From positions 1 to 53,791 of the forward strand of contig JAMIFL010000159.1 in assembly GCA_035906295.1 (NCBI GenBank): a stretch of DNA of 53,791 bases, given 5' to 3'. This document shows, piece after piece, positions 34,839 through 42,655 of the stretch (position 1 is the first letter of the stretch; each line of letters opens with the position of its first letter). A program made the translations under genes and the position numbers. Below the pieces are notes generated by a model. That model was not told the DNA's origin. It made no database searches and was given only the letters and a program-made list of their open reading frames with translations. This DNA comes from Alphaproteobacteria bacterium. Its GTDB lineage: Bacteria > Pseudomonadota > Alphaproteobacteria > Micavibrionales > UBA1664.

Positions 34839-35915
34839 TTATTTGGTGCCCAGCAGCGTCTTAGCTTCGGCCCAGCGGCGCTCCGCCTGCAGCGCGAACG
34901 CATCGCCAGCGCCCGAGTAACGGGCGTCGGCGCTCAGCGTCTGGTTGAGCAGTTGCTGAATGAGGGGGGCCACTTCGCCCTTCGCGTTCGCCTCGATGGG
35001 GTCGGCGAGGATGCGGGCGCGGCGCAGGCCGGGCCACTCGCCGAACGCGTTGACGATGCCTTCGGCGAAGACCTGTTTCATCGCCTCACGCTCCAGCACG
35101 CGGAACACGTCGCCGCGCACCCAGCGCGGCAAACGGCGTATATCCGGCAGTTTCAGCACCGAGTCAATATCGCGGCACAGCTCGCGCTGCGCCCGTTCGG
35201 CCTGCACCCATGCGGCCAGAAGCGCCTCGGGGTCTTCGACCGCCAGCGCCTCTGCCGCGGCGCGTCCGCGAGTCACGTAGGTCTCGAAATTCGCGTCCGG
35301 TTCCTGGTCCAGCCGTTCGCCGTCGTAAATCAGGCGGTCCAGCCGCACCCAGCCGGTGCCGCGCCAGAGGATGCCGTCGTAATTCTCGGTCAGCTTGGCG
35401 GGGTAGCCGCCCAGCATGGCCGCGAGATGGGCATGCGTGTCCACGTGCTCGGGGTAAGCAGGGCCGTAAAGGCGCAGGTAAAGATCGACAAGCTGGGCAT
35501 CCGTGCGCGTGGCGATGATGGGGAAGTTGAGTGTGCCTGCGAACATGTGGCGCATGGCCACATCATTGACGATGGGTTCCGGCGCGTCTTCCGGCGCGAA
35601 AGCCTGACGCACGCCCTTCATGCGTGCCGCGTCGCCCTGCGCCTGCATCAGCATGCGGTCGATGAGCAGTTCCCGCGTCATGCGGTACAAAGGCGTATCG
35701 GCCATGAGTTTGGCCAGTAGCTCGCGCCCGTCCGGCGTGTCCAGCGTCAGCAGGCGGGCGGGGTCGGTCGGCGCCACGATCCACGGCGACGGGCTTACGG
35801 CCACGTCCTCCTGCGGTTTGGCGGTCTGGACCCCGGCCAGTTGTGCCGCCGAATCCGTAAGGTCGGCGCCGCGCAGGAACCCGTGGGGTCCCGAAAGCTG
35901 GAAGTAGAGCGTCAT
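34839..35915 (-). CDS. hypothetical protein (last gene of the pheST cluster)
   Basis: 358-aa ORF of diverse composition with good GC3. Its start lies 11 nt downstream of the pheT stop. I recognise no family. Confidence 0.6.
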   Translation of the reverse strand: MTLYFQLSGPHGFLRGADLTDSAAQLAGVQTAKPQEDVAVSPSPWIVAPTDPARLLTLDTPDGRELLAKLMADTPLYRMTRELLIDRMLMQAQGDAARMKGVRQAFAPEDAPEPIVNDVAMRHMFAGTLNFPIIATRTDAQLVDLYLRLYGPAYPEHVDTHAHLAAMLGGYPAKLTENYDGILWRGTGWVRLDRLIYDGERLDQEPDANFETYVTRGRAAAEALAVEDPEALLAAWVQAERAQRELCRDIDSVLKLPDIRRLPRWVRGDVFRVLEREAMKQVFAEGIVNAFGEWPGLRRARILADPIEANAKGEVAPLIQQLLNQTLSADARYSGAGDAFALQAERRWAEAKTLLGTK

Positions 35916-35926
35916 GGTATGTCCTT

Positions 35927-38341
35927 TTATCCCCGTAACGTCGCGCCGGTTTTTTCTGAAACCGCTTTGACGATGCTTTGGCCCACGCCTTCAATGTCGG
36001 CGTCGGTCAGCGTTTTGTCGCGCGGTTGCAGGATGACCGTGACGGCCACCGATTTTTGGCCCCCCGGAATGCCTTTGCCCGCGTAAACGTCGAACACCTC
36101 GACCCGGTCCACCAGGTCGCGCGCGGCACCCTGCGCCAGCCGCACGATGGTGTCGGCGCTGACATCGTCGTTCACGATGAAGGCGAAATCGCGTTCGATG
36201 GGTTGCAGCGGCGAGGGTTTAAGCAACGGTTTCGCGCTGCCCGTGCGTTTCGGCATGGGAATGGCGGCGAGGAACATTTCGAACCCGCAGGCGGGGCCTT
36301 TGACGTCCAGCGCTTCAAGGGCGGAGGGGTGCAGTTCGCCGAACCAGCCAAGCACTTCCTTACCCTGCCGGATGGTGGCCGAACGGCCCGGGTGGTAATA
36401 GCCTGGCGCGTCGGTGGTGATTTGCACCTTGGCAGGGTTCATGCCGCAGGCTTCCAGCACGGCCAGCGCATCGGCCTTGGCGTCATACGCCGTGACCGCG
36501 CGGTGCGCGTCTTTCGAAGACCAGTGGCGTTCGCCCACGGCCATGTGGCGGATGCCCGAAGCCATGAAGCCCTGCTCGCCCGGTTCGGTGCCCGAAAATA
36601 CGGGGCCGATTTCAAACAGGCTGGCATTGGGGAAACCGCGGTCGGCGTTTTTCTGCGCGGCCTGCAGCAGGTTGGGCAGGATGCTCGGGCGCATGCGGTC
36701 CATCTCGGATGAAATGGCGTTGGTGAGCGTGAGGCGCGCGCGCGCATCGTCGTTCAGCGGCTTGGCTTCGAAGGATACGGCCTTGTCGCTTTGCATGAAG
36801 GACCACGTGATGGCCTCTTTCAGGCCACGGGCGGCAAGCGCGCGGCGCGTGTCCTGCCTGCGTTTCAAATCGGGCGAAAGCGCCCCGCCGGTCATCATGC
36901 TGTCACGCACCATGGAGACGGACTGGATATGGTCGAACCCGTGAATGCGCGTAACTTCTTCGACAAGGTCGGCGCTGCCTTCGATGTCGGGGCGCCAGCT
37001 CGGGGACACGACCTTCCACGGCACGGTATGCGCATCGACGCCGAAACCCAGCGCCAGGAGAATGTGATGTTGTTCCTGATGGCTCAGGTGAATGCCCGCC
37101 AGCTTCTCGGTCTTGTCGGGGTCGAAATGCAGGGTCGGTTTGCCTGCGGGCACCGACCCGTCGCTGACCACCTGACCCGGCGTACCGCCGCACAAATCGA
37201 GGATGAGGGCGGTGGCAAGTTCGATACCCTCCGCCGTGAAGGCCGCGTCGATGCCGCGTTCGAAGCGGTAACGGGCGTCGGAATTGATTTGCAGGGCGCG
37301 GCCCGTCATGGCGGTGCGCACGGAATCGAAGAAAGCGGCTTCCAGATACACGTTCTGCGTCGTCTCCGACACGCCGGTGGATGTGCCGCCCATGATACCG
37401 CCGAGGCCCAGCACGCCGGAATCGTCGCACACCACGGTCATGCCATCGTCCAGCGTGTAGGTCTTGTCGTTCAGCGCCTCGAAGCTTTCGCCCTTTTGCG
37501 ACAGGCGCACATGAATATTGCCCTTCACCTTATCGGCGTCGAAGACGTGCAGGGGGCGGTTGAGCCCGATGGTGAAGTAGTTGGTGATGTCCACGAGGCA
37601 GGAGATGGGACGCAGGCCGATGGAGGTGAGGCGCTTTTGCAGCCACTCCGGGCTGGGGCCGTTAGACACGCCGCGGACAAGGCGGCCCATGAACAGCGGG
37701 CAAGCCTTCTTGTCGTCGATGCGCACCTTGATGGGCGTGTCGAACTGGCCGGTAACGGGCTTGGCGTCCAGCGGCTTGAGCACGCCGAGGCTCTTGGCCG
37801 CGAGGTCGCGCGCGATGCCGCGCACGCCCGCGCAGTCGGCGCGGTTGGGCGTGAGGTTGATTTCGATGACGGGGTCGTCGAGGCCGAACAGCGGCGCCAT
37901 CGGCTGGCCGATTTCGGTGTCGGGCGCGAGGTCGATGATGCCGTTATGCTCGTCCGAGAGTTTCATCTCCCGTTCCGAAACCATCATGCCGTTGGATTCG
38001 ACGCCGCGGATGACGCCTTTTTTGAGCACGACGTCGAGGCCGGGAATATAGCTGCCCTCGGGCGCGAACACGCCCACCATGCCCGCGCGCGCGTTGGGCG
38101 CGCCGCAGACGACCTGAAGGGGTTTCTCGCCGCCGAAATCGACCATCAGCACTTTCAGGCGGTCGGCATCCGGGTGTTTTTCAGCCGAGATAACCTTGGC
38201 CGTTTTGAACGGGGCGTAGGTGGCCCCGCGGTCTTCCAGCGATTCCACTTCGAGGCCGACAGCCGTAAGCGTCTTGGCGACGGTGTCGAGATCGGCCTTG
38301 GTGTCGAGGTGTTCCTTGAGCCAGGACAGGGTGAACTTCAT
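35927..38341 (-). CDS. pheT: phenylalanine--tRNA ligase beta subunit
   Basis: 804-aa ORF. MKFTLSWLKEHLDT, the tRNA-binding domain, and the B3/4, B5 and FDX-ACB regions are recognisable. Confidence 0.97.
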   Translation of the reverse strand: MKFTLSWLKEHLDTKADLDTVAKTLTAVGLEVESLEDRGATYAPFKTAKVISAEKHPDADRLKVLMVDFGGEKPLQVVCGAPNARAGMVGVFAPEGSYIPGLDVVLKKGVIRGVESNGMMVSEREMKLSDEHNGIIDLAPDTEIGQPMAPLFGLDDPVIEINLTPNRADCAGVRGIARDLAAKSLGVLKPLDAKPVTGQFDTPIKVRIDDKKACPLFMGRLVRGVSNGPSPEWLQKRLTSIGLRPISCLVDITNYFTIGLNRPLHVFDADKVKGNIHVRLSQKGESFEALNDKTYTLDDGMTVVCDDSGVLGLGGIMGGTSTGVSETTQNVYLEAAFFDSVRTAMTGRALQINSDARYRFERGIDAAFTAEGIELATALILDLCGGTPGQVVSDGSVPAGKPTLHFDPDKTEKLAGIHLSHQEQHHILLALGFGVDAHTVPWKVVSPSWRPDIEGSADLVEEVTRIHGFDHIQSVSMVRDSMMTGGALSPDLKRRQDTRRALAARGLKEAITWSFMQSDKAVSFEAKPLNDDARARLTLTNAISSEMDRMRPSILPNLLQAAQKNADRGFPNASLFEIGPVFSGTEPGEQGFMASGIRHMAVGERHWSSKDAHRAVTAYDAKADALAVLEACGMNPAKVQITTDAPGYYHPGRSATIRQGKEVLGWFGELHPSALEALDVKGPACGFEMFLAAIPMPKRTGSAKPLLKPSPLQPIERDFAFIVNDDVSADTIVRLAQGAARDLVDRVEVFDVYAGKGIPGGQKSVAVTVILQPRDKTLTDADIEGVGQSIVKAVSEKTGATLRG

Positions 38342-38841
38342 TGCGATACTCCCAGTTTGTCGAGCATCCCGAGCGGCAGGATGTGAAAGGTGAAATCAAG
38401 CGCGATGGCCTTGTTGCGATACAGCGCCTGCGCTTCGGTGTTGTTCTTGTCGGTCAGCCAGTAGATGCGGTCCCACTTCTGCACACGGCCCATGCTGGCC
38501 AGCGATTCGATGAGGCGCGCGGCGATGCCCTGCCGGCGACGCGCCGGGTGGACGTACAAATCCTGCATGTAGCAGATGGGATTCATGGACCCCGCGACCG
38601 GGTGCACCACCCCGTGCAGCAGGCCCGCGACCTCGCCGTCTTCCGTGACGGCGAGCAGCGCGAACAGCGGCACGGCGGAATCGAGGATTTGTTTCTCGGT
38701 GAAATCGACCACCGGCTTGTCCAGCGCGTCGCCCACGTTCATGCGCCACAACTGCCGCCAGCCCACGACATGCGACGCCGTCATCGGCACGATGCGCACC
38801 GGTTTCAGCGGCTTGGGTTGCGTGGGCGCGGATGCGTTCAT
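38338..38841 (-). CDS. GNAT family N-acetyltransferase inserted between pheS and pheT
   Basis: I use the internal start ([10 protein letters not shown]) of ORF 38338..39069. Its ATG (38841..38839) shares 1 nt with the pheS stop. Its stop overlaps the pheT start by 4 nt. It has the acetyl-CoA motif LYVHPARRRQGIAARLIESL. Confidence 0.8.
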   Translation of the reverse strand: MNASAPTQPKPLKPVRIVPMTASHVVGWRQLWRMNVGDALDKPVVDFTEKQILDSAVPLFALLAVTEDGEVAGLLHGVVHPVAGSMNPICYMQDLYVHPARRRQGIAARLIESLASMGRVQKWDRIYWLTDKNNTEAQALYRNKAIALDFTFHILPLGMLDKLGVSQ

Positions 38842-39923
38842 CAGATGCCCGTGGCGAGGTTGGGGCGGTTCAGCGGGTCGAAGCCGTAATGGTCGAGCCA
38901 GCGTGTGTCGCCTTCGAAGAAGGTGCGCAAATCGGGGATGCCGTATTTCAGCATCGCCACGCGCTCGATGCCCATGCCGAAGGCGAAGCCCTGATATTCT
39001 TCCGGGTCGATGCCGCAGTTTTTCAGCACGTTCGGGTGCACCATGCCGCAGCCGAGAATTTCGAGCCACGACGCGCCCGCGCCGATTTTGAGGCCGCCGC
39101 CAGAACGGTCGCAGCCAATATCCATTTCAGCCGAGGGTTCTGTGAACGGGAAGAAGCTGGGACGGAAGCGGGTGGGCAACTCGTCCACGCCGAAGAACGC
39201 CTTGCAGAAATCGATGAGGCAGCCTTTCAGATGCCCCATATGCGTGGCCTTGTCGATGACGAGGCCTTCGAGCTGGTGGAACATGGGCGTGTGCGTCATG
39301 TCGTAATCGGAACGATAGGTGCGGCCCGGGATGATGATGCGGATGGGCGGCTTCTGCGTCTGCATCGTGCGGATTTGCACGGTGGATGTGTGCGTGCGCA
39401 AAAGACGCTTGGCCGCGAGACCCTCCGCGCCCGGGGCGTCCGGCAGGTAGAACGTGTCGTGCATCGCGCGCGCCGGGTGTTCGGGCGGGAAGTTCAGCGC
39501 GGTGAAATTGTGGAAGTCGTCTTCAATGTCCGGCCCTTCGGCGACGGTGAAACCCATGTCGGCGAAAATCGCGATCATCTCATCCACGGTTTGCGAGATG
39601 GGGTGGATTTTACCCCTGGCGCCGGTGGAAACGGGCAGCGTCATGTCCTGCTTCTCCGCCTGCAGGCGCGCGGTGACGGCGGCGCCTTTGAGCGTGGTAA
39701 AACGGTCTTCCAAAAGGCGGGAGACGTTGTCCTTCAGCTTGTTCACTTCGGCGCCGAAGGCTTTGCGTTCATCCGGCTGCATGGTGCCGAGATTCTGCAT
39801 CAGCGCCGTGATGGCGCCTTTTTTGCCCAGCGCCTCGACGCGGATTTTTTCAATCTCGTCCAGGTCGTTCGCGGCGGTGATACGCGCTTCGAGTTGGGTT
39901 TGAAGGCTGGCGATTGCGCTCAT
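38841..39923 (-). CDS. pheS: phenylalanine--tRNA ligase alpha subunit
   Basis: 360-aa ORF with class II aaRS motifs ([39 protein letters not shown]). Confidence 0.97.
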   Translation of the reverse strand: MSAIASLQTQLEARITAANDLDEIEKIRVEALGKKGAITALMQNLGTMQPDERKAFGAEVNKLKDNVSRLLEDRFTTLKGAAVTARLQAEKQDMTLPVSTGARGKIHPISQTVDEMIAIFADMGFTVAEGPDIEDDFHNFTALNFPPEHPARAMHDTFYLPDAPGAEGLAAKRLLRTHTSTVQIRTMQTQKPPIRIIIPGRTYRSDYDMTHTPMFHQLEGLVIDKATHMGHLKGCLIDFCKAFFGVDELPTRFRPSFFPFTEPSAEMDIGCDRSGGGLKIGAGASWLEILGCGMVHPNVLKNCGIDPEEYQGFAFGMGIERVAMLKYGIPDLRTFFEGDTRWLDHYGFDPLNRPNLATGI

Positions 39924-39937
39924 GGAATCCTCGGGTA

Positions 39938-39974
39938 AGAAAAAGGGCGCCGGGCCGGTTCCCCGGCGGCGCCC
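39938..39974 (-). terminator. terminator/attenuator-like hairpin between rplT and pheS
   Basis: Read on the minus strand: GGGCGCCGCCGGGG-AACC-GGCCCGGCGCCC followed by TTTTTCTT. It lies in the 78-nt rplT-pheS spacer. Confidence 0.65.
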
Positions 39975-40001
39975 TGACTTTAGTCTATTCTAACGCCTTA
40001 A

Positions 40002-40397
40002 TTAAGCGGCTTTATTTGCTTTTTGCGCGTTGTTCTGGGCATCCGTCAGGGCTTTCTGGGCCTTGTCGAAGATGGTCTTGAACGTGGCGGCGTCACGCAC
40101 GGCGATGTCGGCCAGCACTTTGCGGTCCAGTTCGATCTGGGCCAGTTTCAGGCCGTTGATGAACTGGGCGTAGGTCAGGCCATGCTCGCGCACGGCGGCG
40201 TTGATACGCTGGATCCACAAAGCGCGGAAGGTGCGCTTCTTGTTGCGGCGGTCGCGATAGGCGTACTGGAGGCCTTTTTCGACGGTTTCGACCGCAATAC
40301 GGAAGCAGCTCTTCTTACGGCCGTAGTTACCCTTGGCCATTTTGAGGATTTTATGTTTACGGGCGTGGGCGCGGGGGCCGGCTTTTACGCGTGCCAT
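40002..40397 (-). CDS. rplT: 50S ribosomal protein L20
   Basis: 131-aa [31 protein letters not shown]. It has a short Ala/Lys/Gln-rich C-terminal tail. Confidence 0.97.
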   Translation of the reverse strand: MARVKAGPRAHARKHKILKMAKGNYGRKKSCFRIAVETVEKGLQYAYRDRRNKKRTFRALWIQRINAAVREHGLTYAQFINGLKLAQIELDRKVLADIAVRDAATFKTIFDKAQKALTDAQNNAQKANKAA

Positions 40398-40672
40398 TAT
40401 GCACCTGCCTTTGCTTGGGTGTTGTCGTTGGCCAGACGCGGGGTCCGGGCTTTCGCGTTACGGCGCTTTTTGAGCGAGTAAGGCAGGAAGTGGGTCAGGA
40501 CCTTCACGCCATCCGAGTGGAACATGACGGCAGTGCCACGGGCCTTGCGCTTCATTTTCTTGGGTTTGCTGATCAGGCGGTGACGGGAATGGGCTTGTTT
40601 GAACTTAACCTTGCCCGAGGCCGTGACCTTGAAGCGCTTTTTGGCGCCCGATTTGGTCTTCATTTTCGGCAT
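40397..40672 (-). CDS. rpmI: 50S ribosomal protein L35 (with a ~25-aa C-terminal extension)
   Basis: I use the internal start ([22 protein letters not shown]), preceded by GGAGAT. The L35 core ends at ...HFLPYS, cf. E. coli ...CLPYA. The ORF then continues [25 protein letters not shown] to a TAA that shares its final A with the rplT ATG. Confidence 0.9.
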   Translation of the reverse strand: MPKMKTKSGAKKRFKVTASGKVKFKQAHSRHRLISKPKKMKRKARGTAVMFHSDGVKVLTHFLPYSLKKRRNAKARTPRLANDNTQAKAGA

Positions 40673-40783
40673 TTCTATCTCCATCGTTAAGGAGTTGAAC
40701 ATCGGCTGCTGGCATGCCGTTTTAGCCAGTTTGCCGTAAGAAGCGCACTTTTAATCAGGTTCCGGGCCCGAAGGCAAGCTTTT

Positions 40784-41269
40784 TCAGCCTTTTTTGTGCA
40801 AATCCGCCAAAGGCGTACGGAATTGCATCTCCAGGTCCCACGGGAAGAAGATCCACGTGTCCTGGCTGACCTCGGTAATATAGGTGTCGCAGGTGGGAAT
40901 GCCCTGCGGCTTGGCATAAACGGCGGCGTATTGCGCGTTCGGCAGCGTCTGGCGGATGATTTTGAAGGTGTTGCCGGTATCGACCAGGTCGTCGACCACG
41001 ATCCAGCCCGTGCCGTCGCCCAAAGACTCCAAAGGTTTCAGCACCTTGGCCGAGCCCTGGTCCTGATGGTCGTAGGACGCGATGCAGATGGTTTCGATGA
41101 GCCTGATGTCCAGCTCCCGCGCCACGACGCAGGCGGGCACGAGCCCGCCGCGCGTAACCGCGGCCACGCCCTTGAACGTGCCGCCCTTCTCCAGCAGGCG
41201 CCATGCCAGCAGCTTGGAGTTGCGGTGCATTTCATCCCACGAGACGGGAAAATCTTTCGAGTACGACAT
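40784..41269 (-). CDS. gpt: xanthine-guanine phosphoribosyltransferase
   Basis: I use the internal start (MSYSKDFPVSWDEMH) of ORF 40784..41305. It has the PRPP loop WIVVDDLVDTGNT and a C-terminal WIFFPWD. Confidence 0.9.
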   Translation of the reverse strand: MSYSKDFPVSWDEMHRNSKLLAWRLLEKGGTFKGVAAVTRGGLVPACVVARELDIRLIETICIASYDHQDQGSAKVLKPLESLGDGTGWIVVDDLVDTGNTFKIIRQTLPNAQYAAVYAKPQGIPTCDTYITEVSQDTWIFFPWDLEMQFRTPLADLHKKG

Positions 41270-41314
41270 GAGCCGGACTTTGCCGATAAATCGCCCTGCG
41301 GTCAATTACCCCGG

Positions 41315-41893
41315 TTATGTGTTGGGCGTGAAGGGGCCGAACCAGTTCGTTTTCGGCTGCGGCATGAGGCTGCGTTTGGATTCCTCGACGCGCGGCACGA
41401 AGCTCTGGATACGGGCCATGGCCTGTTCGTCGAAATTGCGGCGCATCCAGCCGCCGAACTGCTCCAGCACCTGATGCGCGGTATCGAGCGTATAGGTGCG
41501 CACGTTATGTTGTTTGCCGTCCTTGGTGGCGACCTCATAACGGCCTTCCGGCGCGATGCGCACGTCGAACTGGTCCTCGGCGCGGTTGCTGCCGCCGCAG
41601 GCCGAAACGGTCATGCCCAGCGGCGAGGCGCTGAAATAAAACCAGTCGGAATACATGCCCTTTTCAGGCTGGATGCGGGGGGACGACAGGGTGAGGGCCG
41701 CGGCGCCGAATTTCTGGCTTTTCTCCATGGTCCAGTCATTCGTGTCGGCGGTGAAATGCGCGTGGTTCATGGCTTCCACCGTGATGGCCACGGCGGGCAT
41801 GATGTCGGCCAGTTGTTCGCGGGCCATGGCGCGGTCTTCGGGGGCGCGGCCTGCGCCGGCAAGGGCCAGCAGGAATTGGGTGCGTGCGGACAT
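41315..41893 (-). CDS. hypothetical protein, paralog A of a tandem pair
   Basis: I use the internal start (MSARTQFLLALAG, ATG at 41893), preceded by AAGGAGAG. 192 aa. It is clearly homologous to the next gene. Confidence 0.7.
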   Translation of the reverse strand: MSARTQFLLALAGAGRAPEDRAMAREQLADIMPAVAITVEAMNHAHFTADTNDWTMEKSQKFGAAALTLSSPRIQPEKGMYSDWFYFSASPLGMTVSACGGSNRAEDQFDVRIAPEGRYEVATKDGKQHNVRTYTLDTAHQVLEQFGGWMRRNFDEQAMARIQSFVPRVEESKRSLMPQPKTNWFGPFTPNT

Positions 41894-41934
41894 GGGGGAC
41901 TCTCCTTGAAAATGGTTTGAAGTGTACAAAAAAT

Positions 41935-42531
41935 TCAGGCGGTGAGCTTGGACGGCGCGAAACGCCCGGTCCAGTCGCTGCGCGGCTGCGGCATGATGCT
42001 TTGCTTCGACGCCTCGATTTTCGGGACCCATGCTTCGACTTCGCGCAGCGTGGCGATGTCGAAATTGCGCTGCATCCACTCGCCGAACTTGACGGCGACG
42101 GCGTTGGCGTCGGCCAGCGTTTCCTTGCGGACCGTGCCGTAATGGCTGTTCTGGGTCAGGAAATCGAAACTGCCTTTGGCGTTCACGTCCACCATGAAGG
42201 TGGTTTCCTTCAGCTTCGGCTGGTCGTTGTCGGAACCGGCGTGAATGGTGAAGCCGCCCGTTTCGTTCCGGAAATGGAACCACGTGGAATAAACGCCGCG
42301 CGGCGGCTGCGTCATGTTGATGTCGTGGGTCAGGGCGGCGGGGCCGAACAGGCTGTGTTTTTCCTGCGTCCAGTTCTCCGGCTCAATGATGAGATGCGCG
42401 TTGTTGAGCGCTTCCGTCAGGATGGCGATGGACGGCATGACGTCGCCCAGCCGTTCGCGCCCGAGCGTCATCGCGTCGGGCTGGAGGATCATGCCGGTAT
42501 GGGCGAGGATGAACTGGGTACGGGCGAGCAT
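41935..42531 (-). CDS. hypothetical protein, paralog B of a tandem pair
   Basis: 198-aa ORF (MLARTQFILAHTG) preceded by AGGAG. Blocks shared with paralog A: ARTQF.LA, MP..AI..EA.N.AH, WT.EK..FG.AALT, YS.WF.F, FG.WM.RNFD, VP..E.SK.S.MPQP..W.G.F.P. Confidence 0.7.
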   Translation of the reverse strand: MLARTQFILAHTGMILQPDAMTLGRERLGDVMPSIAILTEALNNAHLIIEPENWTQEKHSLFGPAALTHDINMTQPPRGVYSTWFHFRNETGGFTIHAGSDNDQPKLKETTFMVDVNAKGSFDFLTQNSHYGTVRKETLADANAVAVKFGEWMQRNFDIATLREVEAWVPKIEASKQSIMPQPRSDWTGRFAPSKLTA

Positions 42532-42655
42532 GCGATGACTCCTGCGGCTGGAATGACGATGCCATGCGTTTTATGGCAATTATTCCGGTCTTGTCCAGTT
42601 TTTCGCGTTAATGCGCGCGGGCCCCCCGCACGTTAGTGCGCACGTCCCCCGCACG

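Noticed and set aside
36791-39938. 531-aa and 368-aa plus-strand ORFs opposite pheT and pheS
   Set aside because: They are antisense to unmistakable PheRS subunits and have typical high-GC shadow-ORF composition.
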